From Candidatus Kapaibacterium sp. (GTDB taxonomy: Bacteria > Bacteroidota > Ignavibacteria > Kapaibacteriales > UBA2268), in contig OY762428.1 in assembly GCA_963665665.1 (NCBI GenBank), positions 1,472,001-1,536,000 of the forward strand: a stretch of 64,000 nucleotides of DNA. Direction: 5' to 3'. Shown piece by piece: positions 19,566 to 30,014 of the stretch. The position numbers were made by a program, and so were the translations under genes. The notes under the pieces were generated by a model. It saw only the letters and a list, made by a program, of their open reading frames with translations, was not told the origin of the DNA and ran no database searches. Position 1 is the first letter of the stretch; every line of letters starts with the position of its first letter.

Positions 19566-19577
19566 ATTTTATAACAA

Positions 19578-21089
19578 TTATCCCATCAGCATAGCTACTG
19601 AGTGTTTTGCCCAATTAAGTATTGGGGTAAAATATACACCGAATAATAATGTAGGTATTGCAAGTAAAATTACAAGCGCATAGCCTGGAGCTTCAAACTT
19701 AAACTCTTCTTTCTGATTATCAACGCCACGTACAAACATGTTGCGGAACACTTTTACATAGTAGTAAAGCGATACAACACTGTTTATTACACCAACAACA
19801 GCCAGCCAGATATATCCGGCATCTATAACAGCCGTGAAGATATAAAGTTTACCTATAAAGCCTGCCGTCGGAGGAAGCCCGGTAAGAGATATAAGGAATA
19901 TAACCATACATACGCTTAATGCGGGAGCGCGGTATCCAATCCCGGTATAGTCTTCAATATCTTCGCTGCCAATTTTATTAGCCAGAAGCATTATAACGGT
20001 AAATGCGCCAAGGTTCATAAACAGGTACATCACGAAATAAATGATAACTGCTTCCACCCCTGCGTCCGTCATAACTGTTACGCCCATCAGCATGTATCCG
20101 GCATGAGCTATACTTGAATAGGCAAGCAGCCTTTTCATATTTGTCTGCCATACGGCTACAAGATTACCGAGAGTCATGGAAAGAACAGCCAGGACAGCAA
20201 TAATATTCTTCCAGTCAATATCAGACATCATAGCCCAAACTGCGTCAGTCTGAACCATTCCGTTATCAATAAAGCCTATTTTCAGGAAGCGGATAAGAAC
20301 AGCAAAACCTGCTGCTTTTGATGCAACCGAAAGATAAGCTGTAACTGTTACCGGGGCCCCTTCGTAAACGTCGGGCGTCCAGAAATGGAATGGAACAGCT
20401 GATATTTTATAACCAATACCGGCAATTATCATCAGGCCTGAAAGCAGCAGGGCAAAATTGTTCATATCATTATGCCCGAGAACTATATTCAGGTCGTAAA
20501 GGTTAAGTGTGCCGGTAAGGCCGTATAATATTGATATACCATATATCATGATACCGGATGACACCGCACCGAAGATAACATATTTCAGGGAAGCTTCGCT
20601 TGAGCGTTTTATTTCCTTTGTGTATCCGGCAAGAATGTAGGAAGTGATACTCATAATTTCAAGAGCCAGGTAAATCATGATAAGATTTACGGCCTCGCTT
20701 ATAAGGAACATTCCGAACGTCATACCAAGTATCAATGAGAAGTACTCGCCCATGCTTCTTCCGTCCTTGTACAATTCTTTGGACAGGAAGGAGATAAGGA
20801 CTATGATAAGACTTGATATAAGTATCAAAAACTTAAAGAACTGTCCGAACGGGTCAACCACCAGCATTTTGGAGAAAGTATAACTTTCTTCGCCGGATTG
20901 GCCAAGCAGGAATATGCCTGAAACAACCAGCCCGATAATTGCAATAATACCCGAGATATTCTTCGATTTCTTGAATATCAGGTCGAATATTATTGCTACC
21001 AGGAAGGCAGCAACAAGAGTAAATTCCGGCTTGAACAGGCTAACGCTGTTCTGCAGTTGTGTCAGGAAATTTACGTCTATAGAATTCAT
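19578..21089 (-). CDS. nuoN: NADH-quinone oxidoreductase subunit N
   Basis: EASLKY, KISAVPFHFWTPDVYEGAP and KRLLAYSSIAHAGY; last gene of the nuo operon. Confidence 0.95.
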   Translation of the reverse strand: MNSIDVNFLTQLQNSVSLFKPEFTLVAAFLVAIIFDLIFKKSKNISGIIAIIGLVVSGIFLLGQSGEESYTFSKMLVVDPFGQFFKFLILISSLIIVLISFLSKELYKDGRSMGEYFSLILGMTFGMFLISEAVNLIMIYLALEIMSITSYILAGYTKEIKRSSEASLKYVIFGAVSSGIMIYGISILYGLTGTLNLYDLNIVLGHNDMNNFALLLSGLMIIAGIGYKISAVPFHFWTPDVYEGAPVTVTAYLSVASKAAGFAVLIRFLKIGFIDNGMVQTDAVWAMMSDIDWKNIIAVLAVLSMTLGNLVAVWQTNMKRLLAYSSIAHAGYMLMGVTVMTDAGVEAVIIYFVMYLFMNLGAFTVIMLLANKIGSEDIEDYTGIGYRAPALSVCMVIFLISLTGLPPTAGFIGKLYIFTAVIDAGYIWLAVVGVINSVVSLYYYVKVFRNMFVRGVDNQKEEFKFEAPGYALVILLAIPTLLFGVYFTPILNWAKHSVAMLMG

Positions 21090-21119
21090 AGAATTATTCA
21101 GACCTTAATTAATTCAAAA

Positions 21120-22757
21120 TTATAATCCGGCTGCAGCAAATCCGCCGCCGATTTTAACGAAATCGATAAGATGATTAACTGATGTTGACATCAGATCAAG
21201 CATCGGGTTCGGGTAAATACCAAGATAAATAATAATAATAGCAAGCGGAATAAGAGCAGTAAGCTCGATACCGTTTATATCATCATGTTTGTATTTTTTT
21301 CCTGTAGGATCCCAGGGGCCTTTCCATTTTTCAGGAAGCTCGCCGAAGAATACTTTCTGTAATGCCCAGAGCATGTAGGCTGCGCCTATGATAATACCAA
21401 GAGCCGAAATCACAGTATAAACCGGATATGTTTTGAATGCACCAAGGAATACAAGAACTTCACTAACAAAACCGCTTAGCCCCGGAAGTCCGATAGCAGC
21501 AAAGAATGCAATAGTCATAATACCTGTATATATCGGCATTTTGTTTGCAAGGCCGCCGAAATCGTCAAGTCCTCTTGTGTGAGCGCGGTCATAAATTACG
21601 CCCACGATCATAAAGAGCATAGCAGTGATAGTACCGTGGTTGAACATCTGGAAGATAGCTCCTACCATACCCTCGCTGTTCATAGCAGCCATACCGAGCA
21701 TAACATAACCCATGTGGCTCACTGATGAATAAGCGATAAGTTTCTTGAAGTCCCTCTTGCCAACTTTGTGCTGCCCAAGAGCACATAACGCACCGTAGAG
21801 AATCGAAACCATACCGATAACGGCAATCAGTTCCTGGAAGTATTCAACTGCATCAGGGAATATCGGCCATGCTATCCTGAGCATACCGTAAGTACCCATC
21901 TTCAGAAGAACACCGGCAAGGATAACGCTTATCGCGGTCGGAGCCTCAACGTGTGCATCCGGAAGCCATGTGTGGAACGGTACAGAAGGCACTTTGATGG
22001 CAAAACCGACAAAGAGCGCCATAAATCCGACGTATCGCCAGGTAGTGGCAAATCCTGCAAATAAGGAATCCGGATTGTAATTTGCCGGATCCATCATCTT
22101 CAGCATATCGAACGAACCTACAGCAAGGTATAGCCCGATAATAACGAGAAGCATGAATACCGAACCTGCAAGAGTGTAAATAAAGAACTTGATGGCTGCG
22201 TATTCTTTTCGCGGGCCGCCCCATATACCTATAAGGAAGTACATCGGGAGCAGCATAAGTTCCCAGAATAAGTAGAAAAGGAAGAAGTCCAGGGCAATGA
22301 AAACGCCCATCATACCGGCATCAAGAAGCAGGTACATGGCGAAATAGCCCTTTGGAGCTTTACTAATACCGAATGATGCAAATGATGCAACAAAGCAAAC
22401 AAGTGCAGTAAGAAGTATCATGGGAGCGCTAAGCCCGTCAATTCCCACGAAATAGTCGATATTAACATCGCCCAGCCCCGGTAGATTTGTTACATGAATC
22501 CAGGATACACGCTCAACAAACTGCATACCTTCCTGTGTATTAATACCTGCAACATCAATATTAAAATTGTTGTAGATAATAACAGCCAGAATTAACTGCA
22601 GGAAAGTAAAGAATACGGTTGTCCACCTGAACAATGTTTTTGAAATTTCTTTACTGCGCTCATCCTTACCCGATGGAATCAGGAGAAGAACAATCATACC
22701 GAAAATCGGCAGGAATGTTATCAGGGTAAGAGGCCCGACACCGAATAATTCAAACAT
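21120..22757 (-). CDS. nuoM: NADH-quinone oxidoreductase subunit M
   Basis: FWELMLLPMYFLIGIWG, PFHTWLPDAHVEAPT and LLKMGTYG. Confidence 0.95.
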   Translation of the reverse strand: MFELFGVGPLTLITFLPIFGMIVLLLIPSGKDERSKEISKTLFRWTTVFFTFLQLILAVIIYNNFNIDVAGINTQEGMQFVERVSWIHVTNLPGLGDVNIDYFVGIDGLSAPMILLTALVCFVASFASFGISKAPKGYFAMYLLLDAGMMGVFIALDFFLFYLFWELMLLPMYFLIGIWGGPRKEYAAIKFFIYTLAGSVFMLLVIIGLYLAVGSFDMLKMMDPANYNPDSLFAGFATTWRYVGFMALFVGFAIKVPSVPFHTWLPDAHVEAPTAISVILAGVLLKMGTYGMLRIAWPIFPDAVEYFQELIAVIGMVSILYGALCALGQHKVGKRDFKKLIAYSSVSHMGYVMLGMAAMNSEGMVGAIFQMFNHGTITAMLFMIVGVIYDRAHTRGLDDFGGLANKMPIYTGIMTIAFFAAIGLPGLSGFVSEVLVFLGAFKTYPVYTVISALGIIIGAAYMLWALQKVFFGELPEKWKGPWDPTGKKYKHDDINGIELTALIPLAIIIIYLGIYPNPMLDLMSTSVNHLIDFVKIGGGFAAAGL

Positions 22758-22820
22758 TGATCCTCCAAAATTTAAATATTTCTTTTATTATTTCAATTTC
22801 AAGAGGCATCAGTTCCGGGA

Positions 22821-25025
22821 TTAAAATACCCAGAGAACCAATACCATAATTACCACGATTACCATTATCACGTAAGTCTGAACCTTACCGGTCTGGAACT
22901 TACGGAAAGCAGCGCCGAAGAATCCGACGATATTAGCAAGCAGGTTAACGATACCGTCAATAACAAGTCCGTCGAATTTACCGGATACCCAGCCGATGAA
23001 GCGGGCTATTGTTGCGGCAAAATTCACCAGGCCGTCAATAACTTTATTATCGAACAATGCCATAAATTTTGATATAAGAATGGTACCGCCGATGAAGCTG
23101 TAATGATACATTTCATCTATATACCATTTATTAAGAGAGAATTTATATAATGGCATAATCTGCTTTGCAATATTATCCGGGTTGGCCACTTTGAACTGAT
23201 AGATCGCAAAGGCGATCAGTATCCCCATAGCGGCAAGGAAAATTGATAATCCCATGGCCGGATAGTGTGCGTTATGCAATTCTTCTTCGAATAAAGTGGC
23301 AGCATGATGACCGCCGTGAGCTTCTTCTGCTTCTGCATGATGTGATTCTTCATGAACAGCTTCGTGCCCCTGGGCAGCTTCGCCGTGTCCGTGAGAATGA
23401 ACCCCGGCTGCCTGAGTGTGGTGAGCTTCTTCCAAAGGAAGGAGATGATTCCACTGTAATTCGGCAGGTATAACATTTTCAGGTGTCTTCACAGCTGAAT
23501 GGAACCAACCGGCTCCGGCATTAAACGGGTTTGGAGAATATACAAACCATAATGTCAATACCGAGAGAAGTATCAGTGGAAATACCACAACAAATTTATT
23601 TTCATGCGTTTTAGCGGCAATATCAGTTTTTGGTTTACCGTGGAAAGAAATTATCAGAAGCCTGAACATATAAAATGCCGTCATGGCTGCGGCGCCAAAT
23701 CCCATAATCGGGATAAGCCAGTGGCCGGTAAGTACGCCGAATGCGAATGTACCTGCAAGGATACCGTCCTTACTAAGAAAACCTGACAGGAAGGGCACAC
23801 CTGCAATTGCCATTGTCAATAGCAGAAATGCTCCATAAGTCCAGGGCATTGTTTTTCTCAATCCACCCATATTATTTATATCCTGCGGGTCCATTGAATG
23901 GTTATGAGCCTTGTGCATTGAGTGATGCATAGCGTGAATAACCGAACCTGCAGAAAGGAATAACGCGCCTTTGAACCATGCATGGGTTACAAGGTGCATA
24001 AATCCTGATGTGAAAGCGCCAACCCCAAGCCCCATTACCATGTAGCCAAGCTGGCTGACGGTGGAGTAGGCAAGCACTTTTTTGAAATCGTTTTGTGTTA
24101 AAGCTATTGTGGCGGCCATGAAAGCAGTAATTGCGCCGATATAAGCGATAAATGTAAGCGCATCGCCAGTCATCATCTGGAATACCCTGGCCGTCATGTA
24201 AACACCGGCGGCAACCATTGTTGCAGCATGGATAAGCGCACTCACGGGAGTAGGGCCTTCCATAGCATCAGGAAGCCAGACATGAAGAGGGAACTGGGCC
24301 GACTTACCAATAGCGCCGCAGAATATAAGAATACCTGCAACAGTCATCATTGTTCCGCTGTCGAATGGGAGAATTCCCATACCGATTTTTGCGAAAATAT
24401 CTTCGAACATGAATGACTGGTAAGTAAAGAAGAGTATCATTATACCCGCGAAGAAACCAAAGTCGCCAACCCTGTTGGTAAGAAAAGCTTTCTTACCGGC
24501 ATCGGAGGCTGATTTTTTCTCATACCAGAATCCGATAAGGAGGTATGAACTGAGGCCAACAAGTTCCCAGAATACATACATGAACAAAAAGTTGTTAGCG
24601 ATAACAATACCAAGCATCGAGAATGTAAACAAACTCAGGTATGCATAGTAACGCGTAAAGCGTTTATCGCCGTGCATGTATTCGGTTGAAAATAAGTGAA
24701 CAAGGAAGGATATCATAGTAACCACAACAAGCATAATTGCCGTCAGGTTATCAACCCCGATCCCTACCTGGATACTCAACGTTCCAAGGCTGAACCATTC
24801 AAACCTTTCCAGTACCGGTTTGGCAACTGTTTCAGGGTGATGAATGAATACCTTGCCAATAAAAATTATGATAGAAAGTATCAATCCGATACCAAGAACC
24901 GAAGTACCCGTTACAGAAGAGATCTTATCGCCGAGCCTTTTCCCGAAAAAGATCAGGAAAATGAAGTTCAGCAAAGGCAGCAACAGGACAATCGTTGCGA
25001 TTTGTAATAAGGTATCTTGTGCCAT
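22821..25025 (-). CDS. nuoL: NADH-quinone oxidoreductase subunit L with a His-rich insertion
   Basis: WELVGLSSYLLIGFW, GKSAQFPLHVWLPDAMEGPTPVSALIHAATM and LAYSTVSQLGYM. Confidence 0.95.
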   Translation of the reverse strand: MAQDTLLQIATIVLLLPLLNFIFLIFFGKRLGDKISSVTGTSVLGIGLILSIIIFIGKVFIHHPETVAKPVLERFEWFSLGTLSIQVGIGVDNLTAIMLVVVTMISFLVHLFSTEYMHGDKRFTRYYAYLSLFTFSMLGIVIANNFLFMYVFWELVGLSSYLLIGFWYEKKSASDAGKKAFLTNRVGDFGFFAGIMILFFTYQSFMFEDIFAKIGMGILPFDSGTMMTVAGILIFCGAIGKSAQFPLHVWLPDAMEGPTPVSALIHAATMVAAGVYMTARVFQMMTGDALTFIAYIGAITAFMAATIALTQNDFKKVLAYSTVSQLGYMVMGLGVGAFTSGFMHLVTHAWFKGALFLSAGSVIHAMHHSMHKAHNHSMDPQDINNMGGLRKTMPWTYGAFLLLTMAIAGVPFLSGFLSKDGILAGTFAFGVLTGHWLIPIMGFGAAAMTAFYMFRLLIISFHGKPKTDIAAKTHENKFVVVFPLILLSVLTLWFVYSPNPFNAGAGWFHSAVKTPENVIPAELQWNHLLPLEEAHHTQAAGVHSHGHGEAAQGHEAVHEESHHAEAEEAHGGHHAATLFEEELHNAHYPAMGLSIFLAAMGILIAFAIYQFKVANPDNIAKQIMPLYKFSLNKWYIDEMYHYSFIGGTILISKFMALFDNKVIDGLVNFAATIARFIGWVSGKFDGLVIDGIVNLLANIVGFFGAAFRKFQTGKVQTYVIMVIVVIMVLVLWVF

Positions 25026-25082
25026 AATTATTCTTTATACTATCTTTGAATTAATTTGTTCATATTATCCCGGCGCACAGGC

Positions 25083-25391
25083 TTAGTCTTTCATCTTGCT
25101 GACTTCATCCACATTAATGTGGTTGTAGTTCTGATAGATGTTAAGTACGATAGCCAGCGCCACTGCCGCCTCTGCAGCAGCAAGTATTATCACGAAGATG
25201 GTTGCAACGTGCCCCTCGATATTCATCCCGCCGAACTTCGAAAATGCAACGAAGTTAATATTTGCGGAATTAAGTATCAGCTCAAGGCCCATCAGCACCA
25301 TAATAGCATTCTTGCGGGTGACAATACCGAATATGCCAAACACGAAAAGTATGGCGCTTACAAATAAATAGTGTTCTAATCCAATACTCAT
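25083..25391 (-). CDS. nuoK: NADH-quinone oxidoreductase subunit K
   Basis: LMGLELILNSANINF and AAAEAAVALA. Confidence 0.95.
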   Translation of the reverse strand: MSIGLEHYLFVSAILFVFGIFGIVTRKNAIMVLMGLELILNSANINFVAFSKFGGMNIEGHVATIFVIILAAAEAAVALAIVLNIYQNYNHINVDEVSKMKD

Positions 25392-25406
25392 GATGTTTCC
25401 CGTAGA

Positions 25407-25910
25407 TTATTTGTTCTTCCTGGCAATTAAAGCTGCACCGATTATAGCTATAAGCAATAGTACAGAAGCTGCCTCGAAAGCAATAAGATAATCAGTTAAT
25501 AAAGCAGTACCGATAGGTTCTATCGTAGCATTCAGGTTTGGCCCCGAAGCCTGGTACCAGTCAACATTGTTAAACATGATAATCAGCATTATCGCCATAG
25601 CAACGGCGACTGCAGCAGTTATCCCGTATTGTATCTTGTTGGTTATCCCGGTCTTGATGTTCACGCTGGTCACTTTCATGGTGAGCATCACACCGAATAT
25701 GATCAGAACAAGAATACCGCCTATGTAGATCATTATCTGTGTAATTGCGATAAAATCAGCATTAAGCAGCACGTAAAGCCCGGCAATCCCGAATAATGTA
25801 AACAACAGCGCGAAGGCAGAGTACATTATATTGCGGGACATCACAACCACAGCGCCTGACAAGATTATCAGTGCCGCGAAAATGTAAAATATTGCATCAA
25901 ATAGTGCCAT
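25407..25910 (-). CDS. nuoJ: NADH-quinone oxidoreductase subunit J
   Basis: QIMIYIGGILVL and FEAASVLLL; operon position. Confidence 0.93.
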   Translation of the reverse strand: MALFDAIFYIFAALIILSGAVVVMSRNIMYSAFALLFTLFGIAGLYVLLNADFIAITQIMIYIGGILVLIIFGVMLTMKVTSVNIKTGITNKIQYGITAAVAVAMAIMLIIMFNNVDWYQASGPNLNATIEPIGTALLTDYLIAFEAASVLLLIAIIGAALIARKNK

Positions 25911-25949
25911 AGCTCTTAAATATTATTGTTATTTAAAGAATTATTTCCG

Positions 25950-26576
25950 TTATTTCTTTTCTTCTTCTTTCTTAGCAGCAGCAGCCTTGGCTGCTTTTGC
26001 AGCGGCAGCTTTTTTCTTTTTCTCTGCCTGGAATTTGCCAAACATTTCTGTCTTTTCTTTTATCATTTCATCACTCATAGTTGCAAAGCTGTATTTTAGC
26101 TCTTCGCGGTTATAAGTGGAGTATTCAAATTCAACAGTTGTTTTAATTGCTTCTGTCGGGCATGGCTCGCAGCACAAACCGCAGAAACAGCATTTGGCAA
26201 AATCTATATCATATTTAGTAACCCAAAGCCCTCGCTTACTTCCGTCTTTAAGCGGTGTAGCATCAGGATCACCCGGTACAACTTTTACCGTATCAACGGT
26301 TATACAACTAACGGGACATGCACGTTCGCAGCTGCGGCATCCGTTACAAAGTTCCCAATCAAGGAACAACCTGTTCCTGGAATTCGGAGGCATGTCTCCC
26401 CTGCCGGGATCACCTTCGTACCATGAACGGCTGCCGTCAAATTTTTCTTTTATCGGATGCCAGCGGTCGGGGTACTGCTGAGTAACATTCTTGCGGAAAA
26501 GGTGGTCGAGAGTGATCTTCATACCCACCAAAACCGTGTAAATGCTGTTAAATATATTTTTTATGTATTCGCCCAT
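25950..26576 (-). CDS. nuoI: NADH-quinone oxidoreductase subunit I
   Basis: CNGCRSCERACP and CCFCGLCCEPCP (two 4Fe-4S); VTQQYP; Ala/Lys-rich tail. Confidence 0.93.
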   Translation of the reverse strand: MGEYIKNIFNSIYTVLVGMKITLDHLFRKNVTQQYPDRWHPIKEKFDGSRSWYEGDPGRGDMPPNSRNRLFLDWELCNGCRSCERACPVSCITVDTVKVVPGDPDATPLKDGSKRGLWVTKYDIDFAKCCFCGLCCEPCPTEAIKTTVEFEYSTYNREELKYSFATMSDEMIKEKTEMFGKFQAEKKKKAAAAKAAKAAAAKKEEEKK

Positions 26577-26618
26577 TTATCTTTTCTCCAATTAACTATA
26601 ATTTCACGTTTCCTGATT

Positions 26619-27674
26619 TTACTTTAGCATCACGAATAATGCAATCGCCATGAAACAAAGGAATGATAATGGTACAAGTACTTTCCATCCCACATACATA
26701 AGCTGGTCAACCCTGAGTCTCGGAAGTGTCCAGCGCAGCCAAATCTGAAGGAATACAAAGCAGAAGGCTTTTAGGATAAACCATGCAGGCTGCATCCATG
26801 GCTGATTCAGGAAATCACCAAAAGGAGAGTTCCAGCCGCCAAGGAAAAGAATTGTTATCAGAGCTGAAACAACGAACATATTTGCGTATTCAGCAAAGAA
26901 GAACATTGCAAATTTCATTCCGCTGTATTCCGTGTGATAACCGGCAACGATCTCTGATTCGCCCTCGGGAATGTCAAAAGGTGTCCTGTTTGTTTCTGCA
27001 AGAGACGCTAAGATATAGATGAGAAATAAACCAAAAGTAAAAGGCAAAATAAATATCTGCCAGAAAGAGGTCCATTCACCACCAAAAATATACCAGTTCC
27101 AGAACCAACCGTCCTGGTTTTGATTTATCACCTGCATATCCAGGGAACCTGCCATAGCAGCAATAGTAAGAAGTACCATAGCCGCGGGTATCTCGTAACT
27201 GATTATCTGAGCAGCAGCACGCATGGCGCCAAGTATCGAATATTTATTATTCGAAGCCCAACCGCCCATAACGATACCAATTACACCAAAAGATCCGATA
27301 GCAAATATGAAAAACAAGCCAAGGTTGATATTAGCCGGAACAAATACCGAGCTAAAAGGAATCACCGCGAATGCGGCGTAAGCACCGATAAACATTATAA
27401 ACGGCGCAAGGTTAAACAAGGGCTTATTAGCCGCGTCGGGTGTAATATCTTCCTTCTGTAGAAGTTTCACTACTTCGGCTATCGGCTGAAAAATTCCCCA
27501 GGGGCCTGTACGCATTGGCCCGAGGTGCTCCTGAACGAATGAAGCGATTTTCAATTCACCGAGAATTGCCACAAGGGCATAAGGCAAAAGGAAAAGCAGC
27601 GGTAATATTGATATTAACGCTATCGCTATAAACTCGTTGCTGAATAATCCGTAAATAAAATTACTTTCCATCAT
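26619..27674 (-). CDS. nuoH: NADH-quinone oxidoreductase subunit H
   Basis: AETNRTPFDIPEGESEIVAGYHTEYSG and WTLPRLRVDQ. Confidence 0.95.
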   Translation of the reverse strand: MMESNFIYGLFSNEFIAIALISILPLLFLLPYALVAILGELKIASFVQEHLGPMRTGPWGIFQPIAEVVKLLQKEDITPDAANKPLFNLAPFIMFIGAYAAFAVIPFSSVFVPANINLGLFFIFAIGSFGVIGIVMGGWASNNKYSILGAMRAAAQIISYEIPAAMVLLTIAAMAGSLDMQVINQNQDGWFWNWYIFGGEWTSFWQIFILPFTFGLFLIYILASLAETNRTPFDIPEGESEIVAGYHTEYSGMKFAMFFFAEYANMFVVSALITILFLGGWNSPFGDFLNQPWMQPAWFILKAFCFVFLQIWLRWTLPRLRVDQLMYVGWKVLVPLSFLCFMAIALFVMLK

Positions 27675-27710
27675 TTAATCGGATTTATGTTATAAATATT
27701 ATTTGTCATC

Positions 27711-28862
27711 TTATCTGTCAACTTCCCCAAGCACGATATCTATTGAACCAAGTATCAGGATTAAGTCCGCTACCATATATCCCTTGGAAATTTCCGGCAA
27801 TACTGCAAGGTTTACGAAACTTGTAGCCCTGGAACGCACCCTCTGCGGTTTCGGTTTTCCGTCGGATACAACGTAGAATCCAAGCTCGCCTTTCGGGTTT
27901 TCAGTTCTGCAATAAACTTCGCCTTTCGGAGGCCTGAGTTTCTTGGGAATATTTTCTTTCACGTCGCCTTCGGTCGGCATCTGCGCAACGGCCTGCTCGA
28001 TAATCTTGCAGCTTTCTTCCATTTCGCGCATCCTTACCATGTTACGGTCCCAACTGTCGCCGACAGTTCCTACATCGCCCTTACCCACCTGAACTTCAAA
28101 ATCGAACCTGTCATAAATTGAATATGGTTCTGATTTTCTCAGATCGAAAGGAAGTCCCGAACCGCGAAGAACCGGGCCGCTGCAGGCATAATTCACGGCA
28201 ACATCAGCCGGAAGTATACCAACATTAGCACAACGTTTCACGAATATTTCATTATATATCAGAAGGTTTTCAATTTCAGCATTTGTTTCTCTTACCTGCT
28301 TAACAACTGCCAGGCAGTCTTCTTTGAAGGTTGGGGAAACATCCGCGGCAAGGCCGCCAACCCTGAAATAATTATAAAGCAAACGTCCGCCGGAAGCCTT
28401 TTCGAATATATTCAGGATCCATTCACGATCGCGGAATAAATACAGGAAAGGAGTAAACGCTCCGGCGTCAAGGCCGAATGTTGCAACTGCTATCTGGTGA
28501 TTGGCAATCCTGTTCAGTTCTGCCATTATTACACGGATGTATTCAACTTTTTCAGTAGGTTGAACATCCATAAGTTTTTCAACAGCCATAATATAAGGCC
28601 ACTCGTTATTCATCGAGGAGATATAATCCAGCCTGTCGATATAAGGAGTAACCTGCGGATATGTCATCACTTCACAGTGTTTTTCGAAACAGCGGTGCAG
28701 GTAGCCGACATGCGGGATAACATCAGTAACGATCTCGCCCTCGAGTTCGACTTCCAGGCGTAGCACACCGTGTGTTGACGGGTGCTGCGGGCCGACGTTA
28801 ACACGCATTCTCTCGGCTTGTACAGCGCCAAAATCGTATTCAAATATTTTTCTCTCAGCCAC
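27711..28862 (-). CDS. nuoD: NADH-quinone oxidoreductase subunit D
   Basis: GPQHPSTHGVLR, GYLHR, ENPKGELG and DIVLGEVDR. No NiFe CxxC motifs, so not a group 4 hydrogenase. Confidence 0.95.
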   Translation of the reverse strand: MAERKIFEYDFGAVQAERMRVNVGPQHPSTHGVLRLEVELEGEIVTDVIPHVGYLHRCFEKHCEVMTYPQVTPYIDRLDYISSMNNEWPYIMAVEKLMDVQPTEKVEYIRVIMAELNRIANHQIAVATFGLDAGAFTPFLYLFRDREWILNIFEKASGGRLLYNYFRVGGLAADVSPTFKEDCLAVVKQVRETNAEIENLLIYNEIFVKRCANVGILPADVAVNYACSGPVLRGSGLPFDLRKSEPYSIYDRFDFEVQVGKGDVGTVGDSWDRNMVRMREMEESCKIIEQAVAQMPTEGDVKENIPKKLRPPKGEVYCRTENPKGELGFYVVSDGKPKPQRVRSRATSFVNLAVLPEISKGYMVADLILILGSIDIVLGEVDR

Positions 28863-28891
28863 TATTTATACCCGTTTTTTCATTAATAAAA

Positions 28892-29368
28892 TCAATATGG
28901 TACTTTAATACCGTGATATTCTTCCTGAACCTTGTAGTCCTTACGCAAAGGATGGCCTTCCCAATCGTAACAGGTAAGTATCCTGATAAGGTTGTGATGC
29001 CCGTCGAATTTTATACCGAACATATCCCAGGCCTCGCGCTCATGCCAGTCGGCAGTACGCCAGACATTTTCAACTGTTTCGATATGCGGGTCTTCGCGGT
29101 CAAGTTCTACTTTAAGAACAATGCTGTGCTTATGCTTAACAGAATAAAAATGATAAACCACTCCGAGTTTATCACCGTAATCCATACCGCTCAGGTTTGT
29201 CATATAATCGAAAAGCATTTCTTCGTTATCCCTGAGCTCAAGGCATATATCTACAATTTTTTCAGGATTCACGTTAATAAACGGATCAGAAGGCTCTTCG
29301 GCAATCAGATCGATGATCGCATCGCCGAACTCTTCTTTTAGTTTCTCGAATATTTCCTGAGCTGTCAT
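28892..29368 (-). CDS. nuoC: NADH-quinone oxidoreductase subunit C
   Basis: ADWHEREAWDMFGI and GHPLRKDY. Confidence 0.95.
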   Translation of the reverse strand: MTAQEIFEKLKEEFGDAIIDLIAEEPSDPFINVNPEKIVDICLELRDNEEMLFDYMTNLSGMDYGDKLGVVYHFYSVKHKHSIVLKVELDREDPHIETVENVWRTADWHEREAWDMFGIKFDGHHNLIRILTCYDWEGHPLRKDYKVQEEYHGIKVPY

Positions 29369-29400
29369 AATTCCCCGAAATTAATTATTACTACAAGGGA

Positions 29401-29961
29401 TTAATGATCAACTTCCGCATTGGCTTTTGCTTCTTCAGCAACTTTATCCTCGGCGGCAAGTCTTTCACGTTTCTTGAAAATTTCTTCTTTCTTTATCTTT
29501 GACTGAAGCTGTATCATTCCTTCAAGGAATGCTTCGGGCCTTGGCGGGCAACCGGGAATATATACATCCACCGGGATAATCCTGTCCACGCCTTTCAGAA
29601 CATGGTAGCCATGCTCCCAGTAAGGGCCGCCGCAATTGGCGCATGAACCCATGGAAACAACATATTTTGGCTCTGCCATTTGCTCGTAAAGCCTTTTTAC
29701 TCTTTCAGCCATTTTTATCGTTACTGTACCGGAAATGATAATAAAATCTGCCTGGCGCGGACTTGCTCTGGGAATACATCCGAATCTCATGAAGCTAAAA
29801 TGCGCTGCGTTTGCAGCCATGAATTCAATTGCGCAGCAAGCCAGACCAAAATGAAGATACCAGTCAGACTTCGACCTGCCCCAGTTTAAAACATCCTCCA
29901 TTGTGCCGAGTATTATACCATCAGCATTGTAAGGATCGCCAAGCTTATTCAGTAGTCCCAT
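29401..29961 (-). CDS. nuoB: NADH-quinone oxidoreductase subunit B
   Basis: [19 protein letters not shown] and PGCPPRPE. Confidence 0.95.
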   Translation of the reverse strand: MGLLNKLGDPYNADGIILGTMEDVLNWGRSKSDWYLHFGLACCAIEFMAANAAHFSFMRFGCIPRASPRQADFIIISGTVTIKMAERVKRLYEQMAEPKYVVSMGSCANCGGPYWEHGYHVLKGVDRIIPVDVYIPGCPPRPEAFLEGMIQLQSKIKKEEIFKKRERLAAEDKVAEEAKANAEVDH

Positions 29962-30014
29962 CAGCGACTCCGATTCTTATTAAATACCATTAATTCAAAT
30001 TACTCCGACAGCAG

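Noticed and set aside
27711-29961. Group 4 [NiFe]-hydrogenase instead of complex I
   Set aside because: The large subunit lacks the Ni-binding CxxC motifs and has the NuoD quinone-site motifs.
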